Source of the DNA: Trichodelitschia bisporula
Lineage: Eukaryota
Reading direction: 5' to 3'
Assembly: GCA_010356995.1 (NCBI GenBank)
Contig: ML996689.1
Location: 948,691 to 1,012,690, forward strand
DNA: 64,000 nucleotides
The position numbers and the translations under genes were made by a program. Shown in pieces: positions 13,042-24,374 of the stretch; positions within the stretch are counted from its first letter, which is position 1; every line of letters begins with the position of its first letter. The notes under the pieces are model-generated. The model ran no database searches. It saw nothing but the letters and a program-made list of their open reading frames with translations, and was not told the origin of the DNA.

Positions 13042-13737
13042 ATGGACCCACGGCATGCCCACGCCGCCGCCCCGCCGGCCGCGGGCCTCGAGGCGTTAAT
13101 ACTTGACGATGCGCCGTCGCAACAGCAGCAGCAGCAGCAGCAGCAGGCGCAGAGCGTACTGCCTGTGAGCCCGAGCGTGCCGCAGTTACCGCCGCAGATG
13201 TTCACCACGGCGGCGCAGTTGCTGGATCTGACGGATAGTGAGTTGTTGGGATGTATAGGTGCGGGGCCATCGCTGACGCTCCGGCTGCAGAGAAGTTGAT
13301 GGTTGTGCTGAGAGATGGGCGGAAGTTGATTGGGGTGTTGCGGAGCTGGGATCAGTTTGGTGGGTTAGGATAAAGGTTGTGGGGGGAAGACTAACGCGAG
13401 CAGCGAACCTCGTGCTACAGGATACGGTGGAGAGGATATTTGTCCAGCGGGTGTGGGGCGAGATGAGGAGGGGGCTTTACCTTGTCCGGGGGGAGAATGT
13501 GCTTCTGCTGGGGGAGATTGTGAGTTACATCCTTGGTGTGGGTGCGGCGGGGCTGATGGACAGGACCTCGATCTAGACGATGTGATTCCCGAGCCGTACG
13601 AGCAGGCACCGTGGGAGACGGTTGAGGCGCTGTATGGGGAGGAGAATGAGGCGAAGAAGAGGAGGGAGAGGGCGCGGGCACGGAAGTTGCAGGCCCTTGG
13701 GTTTGAGGGCGAGGGCGCGGGAGAGGGGTTGTATTAG
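13042..13737 (+). CDS. LSM1: Sm-like protein Lsm1 (mRNA decapping activator)
   Basis: Spliced motifs LPPQMFTTAAQLLDLTD / KLMVVLRDGRKLIGVLRSWDQF / ANLVLQDTVERI..RGLYLVRGENVLLLGEI / DLD; three short introns; N-terminal poly-Q from a CAG run at about 13121-13146. Confidence 0.93.
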
Positions 13738-14150
13738 GCGCAGGGTGGAGAAGGAGGTTGCTTTTGTGTGCGACTCGGCTTAGGCCGAGGAGAGATGATT
13801 CCTATGAGGTAGGCAGAATATTGTGAAATGCTCCTCATGGGCGGAGTAGTCAGTAGTCCTAATGGATTTAGCTATTCCTCCATCGACTGGTTTCAGCATT
13901 CCACTGCTCTCTCGTGAGATCTCTGAACGGGGCGTGTTGCTACAAATACTATTCATGTCACATCAACTACGGCATCAAGCAGAGACATCTTCATGTTTGA
14001 TATATTCAAGCATAACGGCTCGTCCTGTCCAAACCACACAAAACTCCAGACCACTATCAGGGAACGGCTCGAAGTCGACATGACCTCTTAATTCATCGCC
14101 AAATTACCGAACACACCTTTCCAACCACCCGGTTCCATCCCCACATATGC

Positions 14151-17100
14151 CTAATCCCAGTTGACCTTCATGCCTGCTTCTCGTTAGCCACACGTTCCGC
14201 ATCAACCAACAGCAGAACTTACATTGCGCAACCGGCCAAATCCCATCAAAATTCTCCGTGAGGAAAGCCTTCTCGCCTTGCGCCACACCCGCACCCCGTC
14301 CCGCCCTCTCCGCCCGCCAAATCTTCCCCTGATCCCCAGCCGCCGGCCTCAACTTGCCCAAGCGCACAGCACACCGCACCATCGCCGTAACAGCCGTGCG
14401 ACTCACCTCCCAGCCCAAGCCAGCATGCGCGCCTGTCCACCCAAGCGGCTCATAGCTCGCCACAGGGCGGCACGGATCGAACTTATCCGGGTCGGGGAAG
14501 GCGGCACCGTCGCGCGCTGCGGCAGCGAGGTCGAGCAGCACGCGCTGGCCCGGCTTGACCGACGTGCCATTCACCGTGCCCGGCGCGGCGACCTTGCGGT
14601 AGGCGCGGCTGGCGGGGCCGGCGAGGCGCGCGGCTTCCAGCACGTAGCCCGTCAGCTGGGCAAAGGCGGCGGGGGTGTCTTGCAGCGCGAGCTTGGAGGC
14701 GGCGGCGAGGTGGGCTTTGTTGGCGTCCTGGATGAGGTATTCGATGACCAGGGCGAAGGTGCGGCCGATGGAGGCGGAGGTGCCTGCCGCGGTGGTGAGG
14801 ATATGCACCCAGGCGATGGTTTTGGTGTCGACGTGGGCTTTTTCGAGGGCCTTGATTAGGTCGTGGCCGTGGTCTTTGAGGGAGCCTTTGTGCGTGCCGT
14901 GCGAGGTGGCTTCGCTGGGGGTGAGGAAGGAGATGAGCTTGTCGAGGACGGAAGGGTCGAGTTGCCCCTGCACGAGGGAGCCGAGGAGTTGCACTGCGGA
15001 GCGCGAGATCTGCCGCAGAGGGTGGGACTCGATGCTGTCGATGTCCTTGGAGAAGGAGGTATAGACGGCCAGCAGGGCGAGGTACATCTCGTGCGTGGAG
15101 AAGACGCCGCTTGGGTTGGCCTCTGATTTCAACGGCAGCGAGAAGAGCTCCGACACAAAGTACACGGGAACCAGGTTGCCGACATCGCGCACAATGTCAA
15201 CCTGGTTCAGCGCTGCGAGCTTGTACGCCTTCTTGCTCAGCGCCTTCGCCGTCGCCTTCTCGAAGTACTCCCGCACCTCGCCCAGCCAACTCTCGTCCGT
15301 CAGATCCTTCACCGCCTTGTGCAACTCTGCTGTCTTCAGCGAGTCCTCCGTACCCACGGCTCCGACCTTGGCCTCCCCGCCCAGCAGGTAGTCCACGGCA
15401 CCACCCCAGGTGACGTTGAAGGTTGTCGGATTCGAGAATACGCTCTTGACGCCGGCATAGGACTTCACGGAGATGGTGTCTGGGAAGCGGCCCGGCCGGT
15501 CGTAGCTGTAGTGCTCGTGGCGGCCGAGGGCCTTCATGACGCTCTCCATCTCGCTAGGGATGGTCATGGGGTAATGGGCATAGATCGAATTGGGACGGAA
15601 GTGGTTCGGGAATGCGGTGAGGAAGAGCTTGTACGCGACGCAGCCGTTGTCAATGGCTGTGTCCGTTGCCGCCGCGCTGTAGCCCCAGTTCGTAAGCTTC
15701 TTGGGGTGGTAGTCAACGGTGTAGAAGCGGTCGCCGCGGACGAGGGCGACTGCATCGCTCAGCACGGCGCGGCTGACCGTGAAGCTGGGGGTGAGGCCTG
15801 CGCCGGGGACGACGGGTACCTTGGGCTCTTCAGCTACCATGCCCGGGTACAGCTCGACCTGATCTGGGTGGTCGTAAAGGTGCCTGAGCTGGTCGGCGAC
15901 TTGAGGGTTGGAGTTGATGTCTTCAAAAGTCTGATGCGGAGTCAGGTTGAAGTGCTTGCGGAACTCGTTGAGCGTGGCCACGTTCCATGAGCGCGCCTGC
16001 TGAATGCCGAGCACCTCGATGATGCGCATGACCTTGGGCACACGGTTCGCGCCGTACGAGTTGGCGACGTCCTCTACGCTTTCCGTCAAGATCTTGACCA
16101 GGTCGTCGTCGTTGAATGTGCCATCCTGCTCCCGCTTGAGACCGTGGAAGTCCCGTTCCGTCGGGGTCTTGGCCTGCAGGCCCATCTCCAGTTCCTGGGC
16201 ATCCTTGAGGAAGTCCATCATCGTAATAGTGTTTGGATCTTTGCCCTTAAGAATATTGGTCCAAAGTTTGTTGGTCCAGTCTTCATCGCGCGCAGAGATG
16301 GCAGAGTGCCAGCGGTAGACCAGGTTGAATTCAGCCGAAACCTGGTTACCGGAGGCAACCTCGACACCATGAATGTCAGCACGGGGGTTCAACGCCCAGT
16401 TGGAGTTGGTCTTGTTAAGATTGAGAATGGTGCGGACATAGTCGAGCAGAATGATGTTAATGTAGAGGCCAGACGTGATCAACCGGCCAGTCTGGAAGAG
16501 GGTCTCATCGAACTTCTTCCAATCGGCTGGCAGCTTCGTCCACCATTCTTTATCGCCATAATTCGGGCTCGGGGCGTCACCCTGAGGCCGCGTAAACTGT
16601 TTCTTCTCATTGATTGTAGCCAGCTGCTCGACAACATTGTTGTGGAAGCGGTTGAACATGATCAGAATGCACCCGACACCGGGCGGAAATTGCAGCAGCC
16701 GCGTTTCAGAGAAGCAGTCCGGCTTGATCTTGCCGTCTAGGCCGGTACGCATCCGCATCTGCTCGGTGAGGTCACTGCCGTACAGGGGCGCCAAGTCAAG
16801 GTACGAGGAGGTCTTTGAGTTGTGGAAGTTCAGGTGGTCCGTACGGAACAGGTCGTGGATGATGATGGAGGCGAGATAGAAGAGCATGCTCGAGATCTTG
16901 TTCGGGTGCGGAGTCACATTTTCTGGCTTGCGGGCCATAATACTGTCGAAAATGACCGATGGGGAGGGGAGCGCGCCAGGCTGCATGCTCTTGGGCGCCA
17001 CCGTTCTGGCATATGGAGTTCCCGCCTTCCCGAGATCGGGATGGACAAGGCTCTGCTTTGGTTAGCAGCGTCGACGCAGACATGATCGTACGTACGTTGT

Positions 17101-17660
17101 ATGAGCCATCGGCTGAACGGTAGGCGTAGTTGTCCCCCAGGTATCTGCGCCGGTTAACGCTGTAAGTGGTGTCCAGGAGTGCTTACGAGATGGGTGGGTG
17201 CTGAAGATCATTGTAGAGCGTAGATAGGAAAGTATTGGTGAGCTTCTGGCCGGTTGCGGAATTGTCAGGGAATTTGGCCGCAGTCTTTCAGAGTCAGCCC
17301 TGTTCCATATGCATTAGAAGCATGAGAACATACCATGATCAGCTTTTCCATCAAGTATTTCTTGTCATCCCAGGGCTCGCCTGACTTGGCCTTTGAGGCC
17401 ACCTTGATCAGAGTATCGACATCGGTGATGCCCAGATTTTTGAGATCACCCAGCGTCGCTTCTATTCTCTGAATCACATCAGGCGAATCCGGCTTGATGT
17501 CCAAGTACGTTCCATCTCCGCTTTGGTCTGGCAGTGGCCTACGCGAGTCACCAACGACCTGTGCCAGTCTCTGAAATCCAGCTCCAAGATTCTCCCGGAG
17601 CTTGTCGAAGTTCGACGGAGGAGTAGGCTCCGACTGGGGCGTGATGGCGACGTGAGCCAT
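14151..17660 (-). CDS. Psi-producing-oxygenase (Ppo)/linoleate diol synthase family: heme dioxygenase fused to a cytochrome P450-like domain
   Basis: LQHPPISYLG, YRSADGS, IIIHDLF (distal His), TSSYLDLAPLYG, GNQVSAEFNLVYRWH (catalytic Tyr, proximal His), DAVALVRGDRFY; C-terminal P450 fold with ExxR (EAAR), FDPCR and a terminal MKVNWD exon. Start codon inferred; several short 5' introns. Confidence 0.93.
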
Positions 17661-18754
17661 TTCTGAATGGTCCTCGTCAACTCTACTCTTATGTTCTGCA
17701 GGCGGGCAGGCTGGAAATTCGATTCTAGTTGGAGGCACCTACATGATCTGAAGAAGGCTGAGTTACCCAGGAAAGGATCCAAACACGACTTGTGATATCT
17801 CAAGTGCGAGCACAGTGGTACTGAACGAGAACGATACTGAAGATAACCACCTCGATTTAGGCTTTCATAGAAACCCGAGCCCACTTACTGTGGGTGAGCT
17901 ACGGACTTTTATAGGCATCCACAGAGGCCATGACCCCGCTGCAAAGTCACCTAGCTGCGGCTGAGCTGAAGCTGTTCGGACAGGCATTATGGAAAACGGC
18001 CCCAATCAGCACTGGCGGGGTAGTTTCAGCAAACGACGCCATCAGCTGAAAAACCCTCAGGCCGGGGATTCTGCACGATCTGAAGATTCCTAACTAGGCG
18101 GTCTCGTGTCACTCTGCCTGACCGCTGAGCTGCTCTGAAATGCGCCCGATGAGGGGGTTTGACGGCACAACTCCCAGCTCAGTGCCCCGCCAAAGAGCGG
18201 TGCCTCGTTGCAGGTGGGTCGACGTCTAGAACCAAAGGACAGACATATTCTGCAGCGGTCCGCATGTGGCGTAGGGACCGGCCGCTCTAGTCGTGCATTC
18301 AGCTCTCATGTCGCCGGTAAGGCTAGCTAGTTGGTTCCTCCAATGCGGGCATCCTCGGCGCTTCCGCATCATGTTGGCGCTAGACTGGGGGATCAGATGC
18401 GGGTGGAATCTTTGAGAGGAGGACTGTTGGATGATGTACTGTAACGTAGCGGAAGAGAGGTGAAGTGGTGGGGCTTGATGATGAAGCACAACGGTGACGG
18501 GATGACAACAGTTATTCGGCAAGTGAGGCTTGCAGGATGAAGAAGAGGTCAAGTGGTCAAGGAGGAAATCGATTGGATCGCACGGTGGAAGGAACCGATA
18601 ATCTGCATCCTTCAGTGTTGGTTGTACACAATACAACATACAAGGCCCTTACAGTTGCGTACACGTGACTTCCATGTGATATGCCTCAAGCTGACACGAT
18701 TCTTCAACTGCAAATTCGGTTTTGCGTCTCCACATTTTTACCACCATCGCAATC

Positions 18755-19786
18755 ATGGCCGAAACACCCATCTCCTTGAGCGTCAAGTCGCGCGGTAAGT
18801 TATTTCACTCCCATATACCAGGCCATGTCCCCTCTAACATTAACCCAGGCAAGCTGATCAAATTCCTTCCTACCGACTATGCCGTCACCCCGAGCTCCCC
18901 TTCGAGCGACCTGTACGCCGCCTTTGCTTCGAAGACGCGCCTCTCTCCGCACCGCCTGCGCATCGTAAATGACGCAACCGGGCAAGCTGTGCCGAACGTA
19001 CGTGATATCTCTCTCGCCACAGCAGGACTACACGACGGGTCGACCGTCAGCGTCAAGGACCTGGGGCCCCAAATCGCGTGGCGCACCGTCTTCATCGTCG
19101 AGTACCTAGGCCCATTACTGCTCCACCCGCTCATCTTCGAGCTGCGCCCCTATCTGTACAGCAGCCCGTCGAGCTGGGGTTCCGCCGTCCCCGCGCCTAG
19201 CAACCTGCAGACTCTGTCTCTGGTCCTCATAACGCTGCACTTCATTAAGCGCGAGCTGGAAACAATATTCGTGCACCGCTTCTCCCTCGCTACCATGCCT
19301 GCCTTGAACATCTTCAAAAATTCCGCCCATTACTGGCTACTCGCCGGCGCCAACATCGCCTACTGGACATACTCGCCGCGAGCGGCGGCGCAGGCGCACA
19401 ACCCACCCATCTCGCCGACGGACCTACTGCTGGGTGCAGGGAACGATCCGCTTACAGCCCTCGGCGTCATCCTCTTTGCCGCCGGCGAGCTGCTGAACTT
19501 GAACTCGCACCTTGTCCTGCGTGATTTGCGCCGGCCGGGTTCGACGGAGCGTGGCATCCCGCGCGGGTTTGGGTATAACTGGGTTACGTGCCCGAATTAT
19601 CTGTTTGAGATCGTGGCGTGGGTGGGCATTGCACTGGTCACGCGCAGCTGGTCTACCTGGGTGTTTGTCGTCATTGCGGGCGGGCAGATGGTTCTGTGGG
19701 CCCAGAAGAAGGAGCGCCGCTATCGCAAGGAGTTTGGCGACAAGTACAAGAAGAAGCGGTTTGCTATGGTTCCGGGCCTGATTTAG
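18755..19786 (+). CDS. TSC13: Very-long-chain enoyl-CoA reductase (steroid 5-alpha-reductase family)
   Basis: VKDLGPQIAWRTVFIVEYLGP, HFIKRELETIFVHRFSLATMP, NIFKNSAHYW and VTCPNYLFE; one 54-nt intron at 18795-18848. Confidence 0.93.
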   Translation: MAETPISLSVKSRGKLFHSHIPGHVPSNINPGKLIKFLPTDYAVTPSSPSSDLYAAFASKTRLSPHRLRIVNDATGQAVPNVRDISLATAGLHDGSTVSVKDLGPQIAWRTVFIVEYLGPLLLHPLIFELRPYLYSSPSSWGSAVPAPSNLQTLSLVLITLHFIKRELETIFVHRFSLATMPALNIFKNSAHYWLLAGANIAYWTYSPRAAAQAHNPPISPTDLLLGAGNDPLTALGVILFAAGELLNLNSHLVLRDLRRPGSTERGIPRGFGYNWVTCPNYLFEIVAWVGIALVTRSWSTWVFVVIAGGQMVLWAQKKERRYRKEFGDKYKKKRFAMVPGLI

Positions 19787-20179
19787 TCGCTGATACGCAG
19801 CGGTGGTCGTGGGAGTTATATAGTACGAAATACTTGTGCTGTGGGCAGTAGGGTCTTCATATGCTAGTCTAGGCACTATGGACCGATGACCGGGCTCGCA
19901 AACATACCGATTGCGGGCCTCGCTTTCCGCGAGACTCTCAGATCACAAGCTCGTGTATCGTCTTATGCCAAATCCAGTCCATCCTGCGGCCAATGCCGTT
20001 ACCACCAAGGCCTATGCTGCCCTTGCGCCTATTATCGTAGAAATCGTCCTTCGACTCCATGTACTCATACATTCACAAAATCCACTGACCGGTCGCTACG
20101 AAAGCTCACCGCGAAGGCATGGTTCAAGCGAGGAGTTTCAAGTAACTCACCGGTCAAAGCCTGGCTCACTACTCGCAGT

Positions 20180-22629
20180 CTAGCGGCGACCACCACGCTT
20201 CTCGCCCTCTGGTGTAACGATAGCGTTGCCCTCTGCGTCGATGCCCAGTTTGTCACGGCACTCAGGGCAGTACCACGGCGTACGACGTGGCGGGATCTCC
20301 ACCAGATCGACGCAGGGAAGATGAAACCATTCCTTCTCGCACTTGTACCGATCAGTATCACACAACGAAAGAGATTTACGGGAAATCCTACCTCGTCGTT
20401 CTCGCACGCGATCATGGTGTCATAGCTCACATCGCCGCACAGGCAGTAGCGCTCGTCGGCATCGGCGCCGTCGGCATCGCCCTCGTCTTCCTTGTCCTTC
20501 TTCGCAGCACCACGCTTCGTCCCGCCAGCCTTGCGCTTGCTGATGCTGACCTTACTCTTGCCCTTGTCGTCGTGCGCGGTGACAAGGCCAGGTGCTGGGC
20601 GCCGACCGCGGCGAGTGGTGCGAGCCGCAGCCGGTTCTACTACGGAATACGCGTCCACGACGCTGGCGCGGCGCTCACGCAGCTCCCTACCCTCGCCAGG
20701 ACGGCGCCCGGCAGGCTCAGCGGAAGCAGCCTTGCCGTCGCCGCGAGAGCGAGGACGCATCTCGCGACCGGATCCAAGTGGCAAGTCCTTCTTGTCCAGA
20801 GCCGCCGGCGACGCGATGGTTAGCTCGTGCTTCGTACCCTTATCCTGGGCCTTGCCGGTCTTCTTAAGGGTAGCCGAAACTGGAGCCTCGGAGCCTCCGC
20901 CAGCCTCAACAGGAGGGCTCTCTTTGGACATGACCGACGACATGCGAGTACGGTGAGACACCGGTGAAGTGGGCTCAGCCAATGTAACCAGGGGCGCTGT
21001 GGCGCTCGAAGCCGGGACCGACTTGCTCGACCTGGGAGACGATGAAGGACCGGCAGGAGCCAACGGAACCGTTGTGGTGGTGGTTGTAATCGAAGTTGAT
21101 GCTGCGGCTGGCGCAAGGAGCTTCAAGGCAGGCTTGGGAGCGATCAGCTGCGTTTGACCGTGGCTGCCCTTGCTCCGCTTGGTTGGGGACTCGGCCGCGG
21201 TAGGGGTGACGACGGCCTCAGCAGCCTCCTTGTCGGCATCTCGCTTGCGCTTCCGTGCCGACTTTGGAGGCTCCTTCCGCTGGGGAGTGACATTCAACGT
21301 GATAGAATCAGGAGGGGCCTCGGTATTATTGGCGAACAGCCTCTTGAAGTTATCGCCGGCAGCAGCGATCCGCAGGCTGGCCTGCTCCACCAGATCCGTC
21401 GCTTCCTTATCCGCCTGCTCCTTATCCGCCTGCTCCTTAGCCGCCTGCTGCTTCTTCAGCTTCTTTGCCTCATTCAGCCGCATGCCGCGGTTTTCAGTGG
21501 CAGTGTCAGCCTTGCGAGCGGCCATCTGCTCGGGATCATCATCATCCGGAGGTAGCTCATCGAGAAAGGGCTCTCCCTTCGCTTCGGCTTCGGCCTTTGC
21601 CTTCTTGTAGTTCTCCTCACCACGGCCATCGTTGACGAGCTGGCGGCGGATCATGGTGTCGCTCGGGGTCCAAATCGCGTTCTTCTTCATCTGCTTGCGG
21701 AGCTTCGCCATCTCCCAATCGGTGAGGTAGAGCCAAGGTCGATCTTTGCTACCTCTAAGGGCACCTTCAGGTGGCGGGGTGAGCTTAGCGAGGGCGTTGC
21801 TGGTGGAGATACCCGCAACGGCGCTGTGCACGTTCGTCCCCTGGTGTTTGAGCCACCCCCGAACGCGCAGCGGCGGCTTCGGTTCCACCCTCTTCTCCTT
21901 CGGTTGTTTCATCACCTTCGGTGCCTTTGGTGCCTTGCGCGCTTTAGGTTTCTTCTTAGGGCCACGACCGCGAGCAGGCGGTTCAGGAACGTCTGCGGAA
22001 AGCTCGTCATCGGAGACGGCGTCAGGTGCAGTCTCGTCTTCCGAAGATGCATCACCGGCGCGCGGAATAGCCACATCGTTGTTTGCAGCTTGCCTCTTCC
22101 GCCGGTTCAGCGTACGCGGCCTACCCTGTTCCTCGTCGTGGAGCGTGATCTTCTGGCCGCGCTCGTCGCCCTTGCGCTTCTGCGGAGACACCGGAGGTGG
22201 ATGAGGAGTTGGGTCGCGAGACGGAGGCTTCGGCAGCTCCTCAAGCTTTTTCTTGATGAGATCGATGCGGTGGGCGGTCTTGAACGCCAGCCTGTACATG
22301 CATCTCGCCTCAGCGCGCGCCACCTCGCGGTAAGTCAAGGCCCGGGTCATGGCCTCGGAAATCTTGGCGCGGAGCGTCGCGGCATCTGGATGCTCACCGG
22401 GCGGCAATGAAGGCAGCCGACCGTAGCTGGCAGTCAGCTCGTGGACGGCCGCCGCTGCATCGTAGGCGCGCTTGTCAAGCTGGCGGACAAGAGTGAAGGC
22501 GCGTAAGAGCTCTGATGGAAAGTGTTCGGTGAAGTCCACGAAGTCGCCCACCGTTGCTTGTGCATCGGGGTCAGAGGGAGGAAGGGAGAGAGAGGGGAGT
22601 TTGTCCGGTGCATCGATTTCGCCTGCCAT
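20180..22629 (-). CDS. Large ING-family chromatin protein (N-terminal ING domain, C-terminal PHD finger)
   Basis: N-terminal DFVDFTEHFPSELLRAFTLVRQLD; conserved central LRKQMKKNAIWTPSDTMI; PHD finger YCLCGDVSYDTMIACENDE / CEKEWFHLPCV...WYCPEC split by an intron at about 20344-20391. Confidence 0.88.
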
Positions 22630-23228
22630 CGCGCACCACAGAGCTATCGCATCGCAATCAAACCCGTTCTGTTGAAACGCGCTGAGCTCCGAGGACCGAA
22701 TTTTGCTTACCTAGAGCATTCGTCTAGGACAGGTTCGTTGAGTGTGTTGTTGGTTGGTAAGGGTGTGTGAGGTGGGAGGTGGTAGTAGGGAGCTTTCGGG
22801 ACGATGCGATCGCGACGCGTCGTGGGCGGGGGGGTTGGATGCTGCTGGTGACAGAGGGGAAGCGAAGTGGCAACCGGGTTTGATGTTGCGACAGTAGATG
22901 TCTGTCTGGTTGTGTAGATGGCAGAGAATGAGGTGAGTTTATTGTGTTGGATGGGAGTGAGGGCTTTCTGAAGAGAAAGATGGGGGTGTTTGAGTAGTGG
23001 GGGGATAGACGGATGGAAGCAATGATGGAGGTGTACAGATGGGGCGGGCTTTACCACAGTACGCGGCTCGGGGGGGAGGGGACCTAGCGTCTGGGGCGGC
23101 TACGCTGGGCCAGCTTGGCACGCTTGATTTACCCATGCACTGCGGCTGCGTTTAATGTGCCTGCGGCTGCGGCTAACGAGTGGTACGCCATCACATGATT
23201 ATGGAACATCCCAAGTTTCCAGAGACTA

Positions 23229-23433
23229 CATCTTTCATCTTTCATCTTTCATCTTTCATCTTTCATCTTTCATCTTTCATCTTTCATCTTTCATCTTTCA
23301 TCTTTCATCTTTCATCTTTCATCNNNNNNNNNNNNNNNTCTTTCATCTTTCATCTTTCATCTTTCATCTTTCATCTTTCATCTTTCATCTTTCATCTTTC
23401 ATCTTTCATCTTTCATCTTTCATCTTTCATCTT
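23229..23433. repeat. (CATCTTT)n heptanucleotide microsatellite containing an assembly gap (N at 23324-23338)
   Basis: Perfect 7-mer repeats on both sides of the 15-N gap; true length unknown. Confidence 0.98.
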
Positions 23434-24374
23434 GTTTCTTCTGAAGACTCATTGTACCTCACGCTGCCGACTCCACCGCACCCAGATAGAGCTGGGTCTT
23501 GCGAAAGCCGTAATTGATTGAATAAAATGAGTTGCTACTAGGAATCCATCGTATGCAAAAGAATTCATACATTTCGAGAGTCACCAGCACTGTTTCCCAG
23601 GGGACGCTTCCCCTGGTACGGTTGGTCGCAGTCCCGAGGGAAACCATATATGCGTTGCTGACTTGACGAAAAGAGGATGTTTGATTTTCTCCAAGGCCAT
23701 CCTTTCCGACTTGTATCGCAACAGTTATTGGATCCGACATGCGTCGACACGAGATGTTTGTGGCAGCAGATGGGAGCGGTGGCCGGCGCACAGGGGCACA
23801 AAGGCCAACAATCAGACTCAGATGCTCCAATATGAGGCAGTCTTATGGGCCTTGTGTTCCTCACCTCTTTGGTGGCTCCCTCTTTCTTCTCTCACCGCAC
23901 CCGTGGAAAGGAGAGAGTAGAGGACGGTGAGACGACGTGAGATCCGATTGTATACGACAAACGCCAAACTCCAAAACCTCCCCACCTCCCCCTTATGCGG
24001 AAGCTCAAGGAACCTGAGAGGAGATACGCCCACCCCTCCCCCCCACCATCCCGACTAAGTACGTTGTGCCAACGCAACAACGCAAACCGAGCATGGCAGG
24101 TGCGAACCGGCCAACTGTTCTTAAAAGCAGCAATTGCGTTCTTCGCTTTGACGCAACGCTGCGTCGGGAAGGAGCGCTCCCACCACCCTCGTGCCTTCTC
24201 TTTCTTTCTTTCTTCCCCTCACCCCTCTCCCCCCACCCGCCGCATTACTCAACTTCTACGGCCATCATCATACCTCACATCGATTTGCGAAAGCTTGAGT
24301 TACAGGACGGGCTCTCTTTTCATCTTCTGAAGCGGGTTCTACGGAGAAGTTTTCTCCCCGTGTACCCGTCGACC

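Noticed and set aside
6859..19786. Lipid or oxylipin gene cluster (PhyH, Ppo, TSC13)
   Set aside because: The genes are interspersed with housekeeping genes such as LSM1; there is no backbone synthase, transporter or cluster regulator, and TSC13 is a core gene.
23155..23521. ORFs with (FIFHLSS)n
   Set aside because: These are translations of the heptamer microsatellite.
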